A stretch of 64,000 nucleotides of DNA, taken from NCBI GenBank assembly GCA_964646605.1, contig CAZYEX010000108.1:9382-73381 (forward strand). Reading direction: 5' to 3'. The notes beneath the pieces were generated by a model that worked only from the letters and a program-made list of their open reading frames with translations, was not told the origin of the DNA and searched no databases. Positions 15,297 through 24,592 of the stretch are shown piece after piece. This DNA comes from an uncultured Phycisphaera sp. Lineage in GTDB: Bacteria > Planctomycetota > Phycisphaerae > UBA1845. A program made the translations under genes and the position numbers. Numbering within the stretch: position 1 is the first letter of the stretch; the number at the start of each line of letters is the position of its first letter.

Positions 15297-15999
15297 GCAA
15301 GCGCTCCTCGTGGCCGAGGAAGCGGTCGATCAGGCCGTGGATCAGGTAAATCAGCGGGGTGATGAGTACGGCGATCAGCAGCTTGTAGGAGTAGTTTCCG
15401 ATCGCGACCTGGGCGAACTTGGACCAGGTGAGTTCGTAACCCGGGACACCGAGCATCGCCGGGAGGCGGAATCCGACGAAGAGCACGACGAACGTATCGA
15501 CGAGCTGACTGATCACGGTGCTTCCCGTGGCGCGGAGCCACAACATGCGTCCTGCGGTGTAACGTTTGAGGGCCTGGAAGAGAGTGACGTCGAGAAGTTG
15601 GGCGATGAGAAACGCGGCGAGCGATCCGACAATGATCCACATGGATTGGCCGAAGACTTTGGCGAACGTGTCGTGCGGAACGGGCGAACTCTCCCACGCC
15701 GGAACCTGAATCGCGGCGAAAAGCACGATGAACGCGTAACAGATCATGCCCACGGCGAGGAACGTGAGTCGACGGACGCCTGCCTGGCCGAAGTATTCGT
15801 TGATGAGGTCGGTGGTGATGAAGACCACGGGCCAGGGGATGACACCGATGGAGAGCACGACCTCCGTTAGCCCGGTCCAGCCGAGTCCGTAAGCGGGCAT
15901 GGAGAAAAGCTTTCCGCCGGTCAGTTCGCCGAGAATGGCGTTGGTCAGAAAGAACCCCCCGAGGATGAAATATATCCAGTCGCGGCGTGTGGTGGGCAA
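15289..15999 (-). CDS. yhhQ: queuosine-precursor transporter (YhhQ/Vut, DUF165 family)
   Basis: 236 aa, polytopic. Motifs: WPVVFITTDLINEYFG, GSTVISQLVDTFVV, IGNYSYKLLIAV. TTG start with AAGGGA 9 nt upstream. Overlaps the DedA gene by 8 nt. Confidence 0.75.
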   Translation of the reverse strand: MPTTRRDWIYFILGGFFLTNAILGELTGGKLFSMPAYGLGWTGLTEVVLSIGVIPWPVVFITTDLINEYFGQAGVRRLTFLAVGMICYAFIVLFAAIQVPAWESSPVPHDTFAKVFGQSMWIIVGSLAAFLIAQLLDVTLFQALKRYTAGRMLWLRATGSTVISQLVDTFVVLFVGFRLPAMLGVPGYELTWSKFAQVAIGNYSYKLLIAVLITPLIYLIHGLIDRFLGHEERLHG

Positions 16000-16041
16000 G
16001 CGGTCTATCCCTTACACCGACATCTGACTCATGCGGAACGG

Positions 16042-16063
16042 CACTGGCAGCAAGCTGCCAGTG
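16042..16063 (-). terminator. hairpin CACTGGCAGC-AA-GCTGCCAGTG downstream of the 16132 gene
   Basis: Perfect 10-bp inverted repeat read directly. No U-tract follows, so the function is uncertain. Confidence 0.3.
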
Positions 16064-16131
16064 GCACCCGCCATCGGCACCCGCCAACGGTCCTTCTCTG
16101 TAGTGTCGCGGCGGGAGTGCATCGCTGCAAG

Positions 16132-16716
16132 CTACAACGAGGGAGTGCGCGACTGTGCGGCGCGCCAGCGGTCGATCATGGGTCGGAGAATTCGGACGGC
16201 GTCGAATTCGTCCGCGAGGGCGAAGCGGAGGATGGTCCGGTTGAGCGGGGCGCGAAGGTCGGGGTGTGAGATTCGCGGCAAGAGGGTCGCGCGTTGCTGC
16301 TCCTCGGGGAGGAAGGACTCGAAGGAGGCGTCGTCCTCGTCGTCGGCGAGCTCGAAGGGGTAGCGGAGTTCGAGGCGGTCGGCGTCGAAGGTCATGCGGC
16401 CGAACGAGCCTAGCGAAAAACGGAGTTGGCTCGACGATGCGACGATGCCGAGGCTGCCGGGCCAACCAGCGAACAGCAACCAGCGCAGAGCTTTGCACGC
16501 CGTCCAGAGGGCGGCGAGGGGCATGGGCAAGGCGATGATCGCCACGCTGTATTCCACGAGGCGGTTGGATACGCTGGAGGGGACGAAGTGCAAGTCGCGG
16601 TAGATGAGCGCGGTCGTGGCGGAAAGCAGGACGGTCGGGACGCCCCATACCAGTGCGCGGGTCAGGGCGCGAGTTCGTGAGACGGGGAGAAGGATGGCGT
16701 CGGGATCGCTTTGCAT
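16132..16716 (-). CDS. hypothetical membrane protein (194 aa)
   Basis: Start taken at ATG 16716 (MQSDPDAILLPV...), because the upstream VWA gene stops at 16755. Two hydrophobic helices and an acidic ELADDEDDASFESF segment. Last gene of the VWA/TPR operon. Confidence 0.55.
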   Translation of the reverse strand: MQSDPDAILLPVSRTRALTRALVWGVPTVLLSATTALIYRDLHFVPSSVSNRLVEYSVAIIALPMPLAALWTACKALRWLLFAGWPGSLGIVASSSQLRFSLGSFGRMTFDADRLELRYPFELADDEDDASFESFLPEEQQRATLLPRISHPDLRAPLNRTILRFALADEFDAVRILRPMIDRWRAAQSRTPSL

Positions 16717-16754
16717 GGTCCGGATGCGGTTTCGCGTGAACGGGCCCGGTTTCG

Positions 16755-18773
16755 TCAGGCGAACACGCGGCGATTGTAGATGATCCACTCCAACAAGAGG
16801 ATGACGAGGATCGCCAGGAGCAAATAGGGCCAAGCGGGCTCGGTCACGGTGATGCCGGCCACGCGGGGCTGCAGGCCGTCGCCGCCCAGTTCGACCACGG
16901 GGGCGGGGGCGATGTTGCTCTCCGTGGCGTTGAAGAGGTTGACGGCGAAGAGCTCGTCGCCAGGGACGGCCGGCTCGACCTTATACAGGCCGACGGAGCG
17001 CGTTCGGGGGTAGTGGATGGTGTCGCTGCCGGCGGTGGGGACGGAATCGGTCGTTCCGCTCGGGGTCTGGATTCGGATCTCGGTGGTTCCCGCGGGCACG
17101 GAGAGGGTCACCGGTTCGCCGGGGGCGAGGCCTCGTCTTCCAACGGCCACGACGTTCGAGGCGAGGAAGTCGATGGCGTTCTGGATGAAGACGACGAAGT
17201 CGACGCTGGCCACCCAGTCGGTGTTCATGCGCGGCCCACCCAGCTCATCGTTTACGATGAGGCCGAAGGCGCTGATGAGGAACTGCCCGGCGTCGCGAGT
17301 CAGATGGGCGAGGAGGGAAGAGGTTTGACCGTCGATGATGGAGACCGCGTCGCGCGGCAGGGCAAGGGTGAACCACTGGGAAACTTCGATGGTTTCCACG
17401 GCGACGTAGCGCAGGACGGGGTGGGTTTCATCCCAATCGAAGATGATCTGATCGTCGATGAGAGGTCCGATCGAGAGGCCGGTGAGCGTCGGGACGGCGC
17501 CCCAGAAGAAGTAGTTTCCGCGCGGGAGTCGGGCCGAGGAAACGCGATCGAACATGACCACGTCGAAGGGGCTGCGCTCGCCGTCCACGAGGCGGGCGTC
17601 GGGGGCGCTCTCGTAGGCCGCGGGAGTGAGCAAGGTCAATTCCAGGGGTAGAGTTCGCAGGACGTTTTCGAGAAACAGGTTGCCCTCGCCGACCAGCAGG
17701 ACCTTCAAGCGTTTGGGGGGCGGAAGGACGGTCCAGGCGCGGTTGTCGATGGAAAGGGCGTCGTCGAGGTTGAGGACGACCTCGACGGCGCCGCCGCCCG
17801 CGAACTCAATGCGATCGAAGACGGCGAGCTTGGCGGAGTCGACCGCGATGGATGCCGCGGCGTTGTCATCGGCGTCGCGTGCGCCCGGGCCGAGCTGGAG
17901 GGTTTGGACATCGACGTTCTCGCCGTCGATGTAGAGGGTCACGTCCACGGTGCGCGGCTGGGGCGAGAAGTTCTGGACGGAGGCGACGACTTCGAGGAGT
18001 ACGGGGCGGTCGTAGTCGCGGCGGGCGTCCATGGTCACAATGCCGACGTTGTCGTCGCGTTTGCCGATGCGGGTGACCTGCATCCGAGACATGTCGAGCT
18101 TTTCAGGATTCACTTTCTTGGCGTCCTCGATGCGGCCGTCGGTGAAGAGAAAAACGGAGGCGTCCGGGGCGGTGGATTCGGGAGCGATGTCGCTGCCGGG
18201 ACGCTCGCCGCCGATGATGAGGTTCTGCGCGTAAGCCTCGGCCAGGGCGATCGCCTCACCCAGCGAGGAGGTGCTTTGCGTCTGTTCGATGGAGTCGATC
18301 TGGCGTTTCAAGGCACTCTTGTCGTTGTTGAAGGAGGAGGCGACGTTGGCACGGTCGGAGAAGGCGATGACCATGGCCCGGGCGTCGCCGCCGAGGTTGT
18401 CGATGCAACGCTTGGCGCTTTCCTTGGCGAGGTCGAGGCGCGTACGAGCGCCCTCCTCGAGGACGGACATCGAGGCGGAGTTGTCGATCAGCAGGATGAC
18501 GGTGTCCTCGGCGGTTTCGGCTCGTTGCCAGATGGGTCTGCCGAGAGCGATCGCGGCGAGGATGAGTACGAGAAGTTGCAAGAGCAGCAAGAGGTTCCTT
18601 CGCAGTCGCTGAAAAGGGGCGTTGACGTGGAGGTCTTCGACGGCGCGTTTCCAGAGCAAAGTGGAAGGGACGAGTCGAACCTGGCGGCGGAGTTTGAGAA
18701 AGTACAGGGCGATGAGCGGCGGAAGGGTAAGGGCCGCGGCGACACCGATCGTAAACGGGTCGAGGAAAGTCAT
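16755..18773 (-). CDS. BatA-like protein: N-terminal aerotolerance-regulator TM domain plus a von Willebrand factor A domain
   Basis: The N-terminus, MTFLDPFTIGVAAALTLPPLIALYFLKLRRQ...LLWKRA, is BatA_N-like. The VWA MIDAS motif is VILLIDNSASMS. Confidence 0.8.
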   Translation of the reverse strand: MTFLDPFTIGVAAALTLPPLIALYFLKLRRQVRLVPSTLLWKRAVEDLHVNAPFQRLRRNLLLLLQLLVLILAAIALGRPIWQRAETAEDTVILLIDNSASMSVLEEGARTRLDLAKESAKRCIDNLGGDARAMVIAFSDRANVASSFNNDKSALKRQIDSIEQTQSTSSLGEAIALAEAYAQNLIIGGERPGSDIAPESTAPDASVFLFTDGRIEDAKKVNPEKLDMSRMQVTRIGKRDDNVGIVTMDARRDYDRPVLLEVVASVQNFSPQPRTVDVTLYIDGENVDVQTLQLGPGARDADDNAAASIAVDSAKLAVFDRIEFAGGGAVEVVLNLDDALSIDNRAWTVLPPPKRLKVLLVGEGNLFLENVLRTLPLELTLLTPAAYESAPDARLVDGERSPFDVVMFDRVSSARLPRGNYFFWGAVPTLTGLSIGPLIDDQIIFDWDETHPVLRYVAVETIEVSQWFTLALPRDAVSIIDGQTSSLLAHLTRDAGQFLISAFGLIVNDELGGPRMNTDWVASVDFVVFIQNAIDFLASNVVAVGRRGLAPGEPVTLSVPAGTTEIRIQTPSGTTDSVPTAGSDTIHYPRTRSVGLYKVEPAVPGDELFAVNLFNATESNIAPAPVVELGGDGLQPRVAGITVTEPAWPYLLLAILVILLLEWIIYNRRVFA

Positions 18774-18776
18774 GGG

Positions 18777-19838
18777 TTACGGTTCAGTCCGCACGGGTAG
18801 ACCTATTCGTTCCAACAGTTTGGTCCAGCGCGGGTCCTTGTGCAGGCTCTTGAACATCGGATCGAACGGCAGTTCGAGTAGCTGCGGGGAGCGGTCGGTA
18901 AAGGCCTTGTCCAGCCAACTGAAGGCGGGCTCGATGTCCGCGGCGGCGGCGTAGGGGCGGGCCAGGTCGATGGGGGAAACGAAACGTTCCCGTGAAATGG
19001 GGTTCAACTCCTGATTGGTTTCGGCGGCGGCGAGGCTGCGTCCGGCCGCGGCGTGGACGGCGCCGAGGTAGGCGATGGGCGAGGGGTCGTCCCCGCAAAG
19101 CGAGCGGGCCTTTTGCGCCGCGGCGGTGGCGTCGTCGAGCTTGGACTGGGCGACGTATGCGCGGGCGAGTTGGAGGTAGGCGGGGTAGTAGTTTGGGGCG
19201 AGCTTGGTGAGCTTGACAAGTTGGGCCTCGGCCTCGCCGTGGTGTGCCATCGCCAGGAGGGTCAAGCCGAGTCGCAGGTTGGCGGCGATACCCTGCGGAT
19301 CGAGTTCGAGAGCGCGGCGGCTTTCGCGAAGGGCGTCCTCGTTACGATTCATCGCCAGAAGGCAGGCCGAGTAGCTGAGGTGGGCTTCGATGGACTTTGG
19401 ATCCAGCTCAATGGCCCGTTGGAACTCCGGCTCTGCGGTTTTGAAGCTCCATTCGTAGTAGAGCTTGAGGAGGGCGAGGGCGAGGTGGGCGTCGGCGAGT
19501 CGGTCGTCGAGTTCGAGGGCCTTGGCCGCGGCGGTCTTGGCTTGGGGGACAAGTTGGTACGGGGTCGCGTGGCCGAGGTAGGCAAGCTCGCTGTAGGCGA
19601 TGGAGAGCGCGGCGTGTGCCCGGGCCTGACGAGGGTCGGTTTCGATGACTTGCTTGAATAGCTCGGCGGCCTTGGCGATGTCGGCGGGCGTGTAAGCCCG
19701 CATGAGTTTGCGCCCCTGCTCGTACGCCTCGCTCGACGAGGGGCGGTCTGACGCCGGAGCGGGGGCGGTTTGAAGCCCGCCGACGCCGATCAGCGTCGAG
19801 GCGAGGGCGAGCAATTCGATAAAGAGGGTTGTGGTCAT
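18777..19838 (-). CDS. secreted tetratricopeptide-repeat protein
   Basis: Signal-like N-terminus followed by repeated TPR units (AHAALSIAYSELAYLGH, AHLALALLKLYYEW, AHLSYSACLLAMNRNEDA...). Its stop lies 4 nt before the VWA gene start. Confidence 0.8.
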   Translation of the reverse strand: MTTTLFIELLALASTLIGVGGLQTAPAPASDRPSSSEAYEQGRKLMRAYTPADIAKAAELFKQVIETDPRQARAHAALSIAYSELAYLGHATPYQLVPQAKTAAAKALELDDRLADAHLALALLKLYYEWSFKTAEPEFQRAIELDPKSIEAHLSYSACLLAMNRNEDALRESRRALELDPQGIAANLRLGLTLLAMAHHGEAEAQLVKLTKLAPNYYPAYLQLARAYVAQSKLDDATAAAQKARSLCGDDPSPIAYLGAVHAAAGRSLAAAETNQELNPISRERFVSPIDLARPYAAAADIEPAFSWLDKAFTDRSPQLLELPFDPMFKSLHKDPRWTKLLERIGLPVRTEP

Positions 19839-20075
19839 TCAATTCTCCGGTCATCAAAACGGTTCCCGGACCATCGGTGCATCGTGGGCGAAGTATACCC
19901 GAACGGGAGGGGGCGGTGAACGGCGCGGCGGCGTTGCAAGCGCCGTCCCCGGCGAAAGAAGCGTAGGCGACGGCGTGGGCGTGTCCGATCCTGTGCGCCC
20001 GATAAGGCGAGTTGCAAATCCTGCCGGTGGAAGTGAGAATCCCTAAGAACCCCGTACGGGGTCGGCGGATGCGAA

Positions 20076-21770
20076 ATGAGCGATAACACGCAACAGGCAG
20101 CGCATGGTAGGCAGGCTCCCCATCGCGAGGGGATCAAGGAGACCATCGAGTCAATCGTCATTGCGCTGATTCTGGCCTTTGTTTTCCGGGCGTTCGTGGT
20201 CGAGGCGTTTGTGATCCCGACCGGGTCGATGGCTCCGACCTTGTACGGGGCCCACGGGACCATTTTGTGCGAGGATTGCGGGACGGAGTTCGCCTATGGG
20301 GTCCGCGATCTGGATGACCAGCGGCAAGCGACCCCGGTCGGCGCCAGCGCCCACGCCATCTGCCCGAACTGCAACCACGACAACTCGGACCTGCCCATCA
20401 GCGATGAGCAACGCAACGCGGAAAAGGGCGACCGCATTCTGGTTCTGAAATGGCCGTTCGACTTGGCCGGCAAGTGGCTGGACCCCAGGCGCTGGGACGT
20501 GATCGTCTTCAAGGACCCCGCGGACGGCACCACCAATTTCATCAAGCGGCTTGCGGGACTGCCCAACGAAGTGCTGATGATCCTCGACGGAGACGTCTAT
20601 TCCGCACCCACGGGGGAACTCTCGGCGAGCGCTCTGGAGGAACTCGAGCGTCAACGGCATGAAAAACACGAACTCACGGTGGGGAAGCGAAACGGGCGGC
20701 TGGAGCCGCTCTCCGCCGCAGTGTTCGAGGAGCTGGACGAAAAGCTGGTCATCGCCCGCAAGATGCCCTCGGCGCAGGCACCGCTGTGGTTCGTGGTGTA
20801 CGATCACGACTACCCGCCGCGAAAACTGGACGCCCACCAGCCGCGTTGGACGCCGGGGTTCGGGACCAACTCCGGATGGGACGCAGGTCGGCGGCGCGTG
20901 CTGTTCAAGGACCGCGACAAGCCCGGCGACTACATCGACCTGACGCAAAAGGAGATCCGCGCCACCTGCGCCTACAACATTCACGCGGCGCCCGCGCCGC
21001 CGGTTTCCGATCAGCGCGTCCGATTCGTGCTGACCCCCGAAGGGTTGGAGGGTCGAGTGCTGATCCGGTTGGCGAAGTCGGGGCGGAACCTCTGGGCGGA
21101 AGTGGAGATGGGCGGGCGGGTCAGTCTGTACGAATCGAATGAAGTGCCAACGGTCGTCACTCCGCGGATGGTCTCGAAGGAACTGCCGCGGTTCCTCCCC
21201 GGCCGGGCGCTGGAGATCGGCTTTGAGAACGTGGACTATCGGCTGGCTCTGCACGTTGCGGGCGAGGAGGTGCTGGTCAGTTCGTCGGACCGCGCTTCGC
21301 CGGCCTACTATGGACCCAACGTCAAGGTCCTTCGACAGATGCGCCGCGAAGCGCCGTCCGTGACCCCGCGCCTCGTGGCCGAGGCCGGGAACTTCGAGCT
21401 TAGCCATCTCGTCGTGGAGCGCGACGAATATTACTACCACGATTCCAAACAAGCGGCGTTGGCGAAACTTCCCTGGGCCCCGCGCGGCGGATGGGGAAGC
21501 CCCAACAGTCCCATCCTGCTTCGCGAGGGCGAGTTTTTTATGCTCGGCGACAACACCGCGGCGAGCAAAGATTCCCGCCTCTGGGATGACGTTGGGGGGC
21601 ACCTCAAGGAGCGCGGAGAAGCCTTTCAGCTCGGGACCGTGCCCCGCGATCAGCTCATCGGGAAGGCGTTTTTCGTCTATTGGCCCAACGGGTACCGCTT
21701 CAAGTGGCTGCCCATCTTCGGCGATTGGGGACCGGTGCCCGACGTGGGGCGGATGCGCTGGATTCGTTAG
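20076..21770 (+). CDS. lepB: signal peptidase I (S26) with a large insertion carrying a CxxC...CxxC element
   Basis: Box B IPTGSMAPTLYG, GDRILVLKW, FIKRLAGLPNEVL, FFMLGDNTAASKDSRLW. The inserted segment reads CEDCGTEF...ICPNCNHDN. 564 aa is long for this family. Confidence 0.85.
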   Translation: MSDNTQQAAHGRQAPHREGIKETIESIVIALILAFVFRAFVVEAFVIPTGSMAPTLYGAHGTILCEDCGTEFAYGVRDLDDQRQATPVGASAHAICPNCNHDNSDLPISDEQRNAEKGDRILVLKWPFDLAGKWLDPRRWDVIVFKDPADGTTNFIKRLAGLPNEVLMILDGDVYSAPTGELSASALEELERQRHEKHELTVGKRNGRLEPLSAAVFEELDEKLVIARKMPSAQAPLWFVVYDHDYPPRKLDAHQPRWTPGFGTNSGWDAGRRRVLFKDRDKPGDYIDLTQKEIRATCAYNIHAAPAPPVSDQRVRFVLTPEGLEGRVLIRLAKSGRNLWAEVEMGGRVSLYESNEVPTVVTPRMVSKELPRFLPGRALEIGFENVDYRLALHVAGEEVLVSSSDRASPAYYGPNVKVLRQMRREAPSVTPRLVAEAGNFELSHLVVERDEYYYHDSKQAALAKLPWAPRGGWGSPNSPILLREGEFFMLGDNTAASKDSRLWDDVGGHLKERGEAFQLGTVPRDQLIGKAFFVYWPNGYRFKWLPIFGDWGPVPDVGRMRWIR

Positions 21771-21805
21771 CGCAAACCACTCGCGGAATTCGACGGACAA
21801 GGCGG

Positions 21806-23359
21806 TCAGAACTCATGCGCCGGCCGGTCCATGCCGTCGTCGATGTGCTGTTGGGTGGACTGTTCGCCGTCAAAACTGAAGAGGATGGGTTCGTCGTCAA
21901 TGCGGGCGCTGAGGTGCGCGGGACGCTTCCACACCTTGTGAATGCGTTTGAGTGTTTCCGTCGCGTATTTGATGTCCAAATCAGCGCCGTTGTGACGATG
22001 CGTCAAATGCAGTTCACCGCGATTGCGATAATTCCCGTCGGTCACGAAGATGTAGGGTTGCGCGTGGTTGGTGAGCATGAACAGTAATTGCTGTTTGACC
22101 TTGTCGAAGTCATGATTGACCACTACCATTTTTCCCGTGGCGGGGTCTTGTCGGTATTGATACAGCTTCTGGTCCTCGACGAATTCGGGAGTGAGGTACT
22201 CGTCCAGGAAGGTCACGTCGTTGTAGAGTGCGCGGACTTGGTAGATTTTCTCGCGCCCCGGTGATCCCTGCCCGACCACGCGTCCCTTGGGGGCTTTGTC
22301 CTTTCCCCATTCGCGGCGGACGGACATGTCGTCGCAGGCGTCGTAGCGGGGACCATAGCGACCGGTGTTCCAACGGCGTTCAATGTCGCGAAGCAGTTCG
22401 ATGCCGATCTTGTAAGGATTCAGACGTCCCGGTGAGGTGGCCAATGTACCCGCGTGATGCTCGCAATAATCAATGACTTCGTCATCGCGCAGTACATAGT
22501 TGGTCATGATCGTGGAATGCCAATAGCTCGCCCAGCCTTCGTTGAGGATTTTGGTCTGCCCCTGGGGAGCGAAGTAATACGCCTCCTCGCGAATCAAGGA
22601 AAGGACATCGGCCTCCCAGTCTTCCAGCGGGGCGTTTTCGAGAAGAAACAGAAGAAGGTCGCGCGTGGGGCTCAGAGGGAATCGGTCTTTGTCTTTCTCG
22701 GCCTCCGCCTGTTTGGCGGCACGGTCACTGGCCATCCGTGAGGGCGGGTTGATGTATCGATCCATGTATGTTTTCGCCGGAAAGCGCACCACGGACTCGC
22801 GGGCGCGCTTCTGACGTTCTTCGGTGGGAATGGCCTCCTCCTGACGACGCATGAACATGGAATGGGGATCAATGAGGTTTTCCAGTGAAAGGAATGTGTC
22901 GATGCGTTGCTCGACCTCATCGAGTCCGAACCGCTCAGTGTACCGCCGGATGCGCGTGGCATGGTTGGCCATGTCGTCGATCATCCTGCGGTTGGTGCGG
23001 CTGAACGAGACGTTGTTCTTGAAGAAGTCGCAGTGTGCGTATACGTGGGCCATGACGGTCTTATGATCGACAAGCATGTTGTCGAGCAGGAGGTAGGCAT
23101 AGCAGGGATTGTTGTTGATGACCATTTCGTAAATGCGACTCAGGCCGTATTGGTTTTGTTTGCGCAGGCGCTCATACTCCATTCCAAACCGCCAGTGAGG
23201 ATAGCGCTGGGGAAATCCGCCGTAGGCCGCGACCTGGGCCATCTGCTCGGAGGTCAACACCTCGAAGACGGTAGGGAAAAAGTCGAGCCCCTCCCGCCGA
23301 GCGAATTCGGCGATCACTTGCGCATGTCTGGCCAGTTCCTTGGGTAGCGTTGGGTTCAT
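21806..23359 (-). CDS. spoVR: SpoVR family protein
   Basis: 517 aa with ...[23 protein letters not shown]...NNPCYAYLL..., typical SpoVR/YcgB. Third gene of the prkA-yeaH-spoVR operon. Confidence 0.85.
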   Translation of the reverse strand: MNPTLPKELARHAQVIAEFARREGLDFFPTVFEVLTSEQMAQVAAYGGFPQRYPHWRFGMEYERLRKQNQYGLSRIYEMVINNNPCYAYLLLDNMLVDHKTVMAHVYAHCDFFKNNVSFSRTNRRMIDDMANHATRIRRYTERFGLDEVEQRIDTFLSLENLIDPHSMFMRRQEEAIPTEERQKRARESVVRFPAKTYMDRYINPPSRMASDRAAKQAEAEKDKDRFPLSPTRDLLLFLLENAPLEDWEADVLSLIREEAYYFAPQGQTKILNEGWASYWHSTIMTNYVLRDDEVIDYCEHHAGTLATSPGRLNPYKIGIELLRDIERRWNTGRYGPRYDACDDMSVRREWGKDKAPKGRVVGQGSPGREKIYQVRALYNDVTFLDEYLTPEFVEDQKLYQYRQDPATGKMVVVNHDFDKVKQQLLFMLTNHAQPYIFVTDGNYRNRGELHLTHRHNGADLDIKYATETLKRIHKVWKRPAHLSARIDDEPILFSFDGEQSTQQHIDDGMDRPAHEF

Positions 23360-23395
23360 GGGATGTTTACACCGCGTCGGCCGCGAGCCGAGCGC

Positions 23396-24493
23396 TCATC
23401 TCCCCGGTGAAAAAAAGGTCCGTAGACTGTCGTAGATATCGTCCTTGGAGTTCACGCGACTGGTCACGATGCCGGCCTCCTTGGCGAAATGCTCCAGAAG
23501 GACGTTGATAAAGTTCCCGCTGCCATAGGCGCTGGCGACTTGGCAGTATCCGAACAGGTTGAGCGACGGCATCAGGTGCTCGCGCATGATCGTGCAACAT
23601 TCCCGGCTGTCGGATTCGCTGCTGTTGTCGCCGTCGGAAAAATGAAAAAGATATACATTCCACTCCGAGGGGGCGTAGTGGGAGGTGATCAGTTCTCGAG
23701 CCAAACGGAATGCACTGCTGATGCGCGTTCCGCCGTCCTCGCGTATGCGAAAAAAGGTCTCTCGGTCGACCTCGCCGGCGCGTACGTCATGAACGATGTA
23801 TCGACTCTCGATCCCTTGATAGTTCCTGCGAAGCCAGGCGTCGATCCAGAAGGCCTCCAGGCGGACCAGCTCCTTCTGCTCATCCCCCATCGAACCGGAT
23901 ACGTCCATCATGTAGATGATGACCGCGTTGGACTGCGGATTCAGGACCGTCTTCCAACTGCGGTAGACTTTGTCGCGGCGCTCGAAGATGATTCGTGGGG
24001 AGTCGGGGTTGTATAATCCAGACATGATCTGGCGGCGCAGCGCCCTACGGAACGTCCGCTTGAAGTGTCGAAGCGACTCGGGACCGGATTGGCGCATGCC
24101 GCTGTAGCGATCGCGCTCCGCCGTGAGACGGTGCTTTCCCTTGGGGCGAATGCGAGGAAGTTTCAATTCCTCGCCGAGAATCTCGGCCAGTTCATCGAGG
24201 CCGACATCGACTTCCAGGATATGGTTGCCCTCTCCGGTGCCGCCGGGACCCATTCCGCCTTCGCCGCCGACCCCGTCGCCGACCTTGCCGTCGCCGCGCC
24301 CGACGCCGGAATCGTCATTGTCGCCGTAACGAAAATGAGGAATGTCAATACCGTGGACGGGGATGCTGATGTATTTTCTTCCCTCGCGGCCCAGAAGCTC
24401 GCCGCGGGTCAGAAACTTGCGCAGATCATCACGGATTTTTCCCTTGACGATGCGCCTGAATCTCTGATGATCCTTGTCGATCTGAAACGCCAT
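23396..24493 (-). CDS. yeaH: YeaH/YhbH family protein (DUF444, UPF0229)
   Basis: MAFQIDKDHQRFRRIVKGKIRDDLRKFL..., plus a VWA-like C-terminus (IIYMMDVSGSM). GGAGG lies upstream of ATG 24493. Confidence 0.85.
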   Translation of the reverse strand: MAFQIDKDHQRFRRIVKGKIRDDLRKFLTRGELLGREGRKYISIPVHGIDIPHFRYGDNDDSGVGRGDGKVGDGVGGEGGMGPGGTGEGNHILEVDVGLDELAEILGEELKLPRIRPKGKHRLTAERDRYSGMRQSGPESLRHFKRTFRRALRRQIMSGLYNPDSPRIIFERRDKVYRSWKTVLNPQSNAVIIYMMDVSGSMGDEQKELVRLEAFWIDAWLRRNYQGIESRYIVHDVRAGEVDRETFFRIREDGGTRISSAFRLARELITSHYAPSEWNVYLFHFSDGDNSSESDSRECCTIMREHLMPSLNLFGYCQVASAYGSGNFINVLLEHFAKEAGIVTSRVNSKDDIYDSLRTFFSPGR

Positions 24494-24592
24494 GTTCCCG
24501 AACACCCTCCGCGGAGGGGACCGCAAGGCCGCCCATTCGCCCATCCCCGGGCGCTGCAAAACCGGCGTGCCGCATCACGGCCATTCCCTACC

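Noticed and set aside
16000-16131. preQ1 riboswitch upstream of the YhhQ-type queuosine-precursor transporter.
   Set aside because: There is no AGAGGUUC...CCCUC...AAAAAACUA-type sequence and no A-rich tail. The only structure is a 10-bp hairpin (16042-16063), more likely a terminator for the upstream gene.
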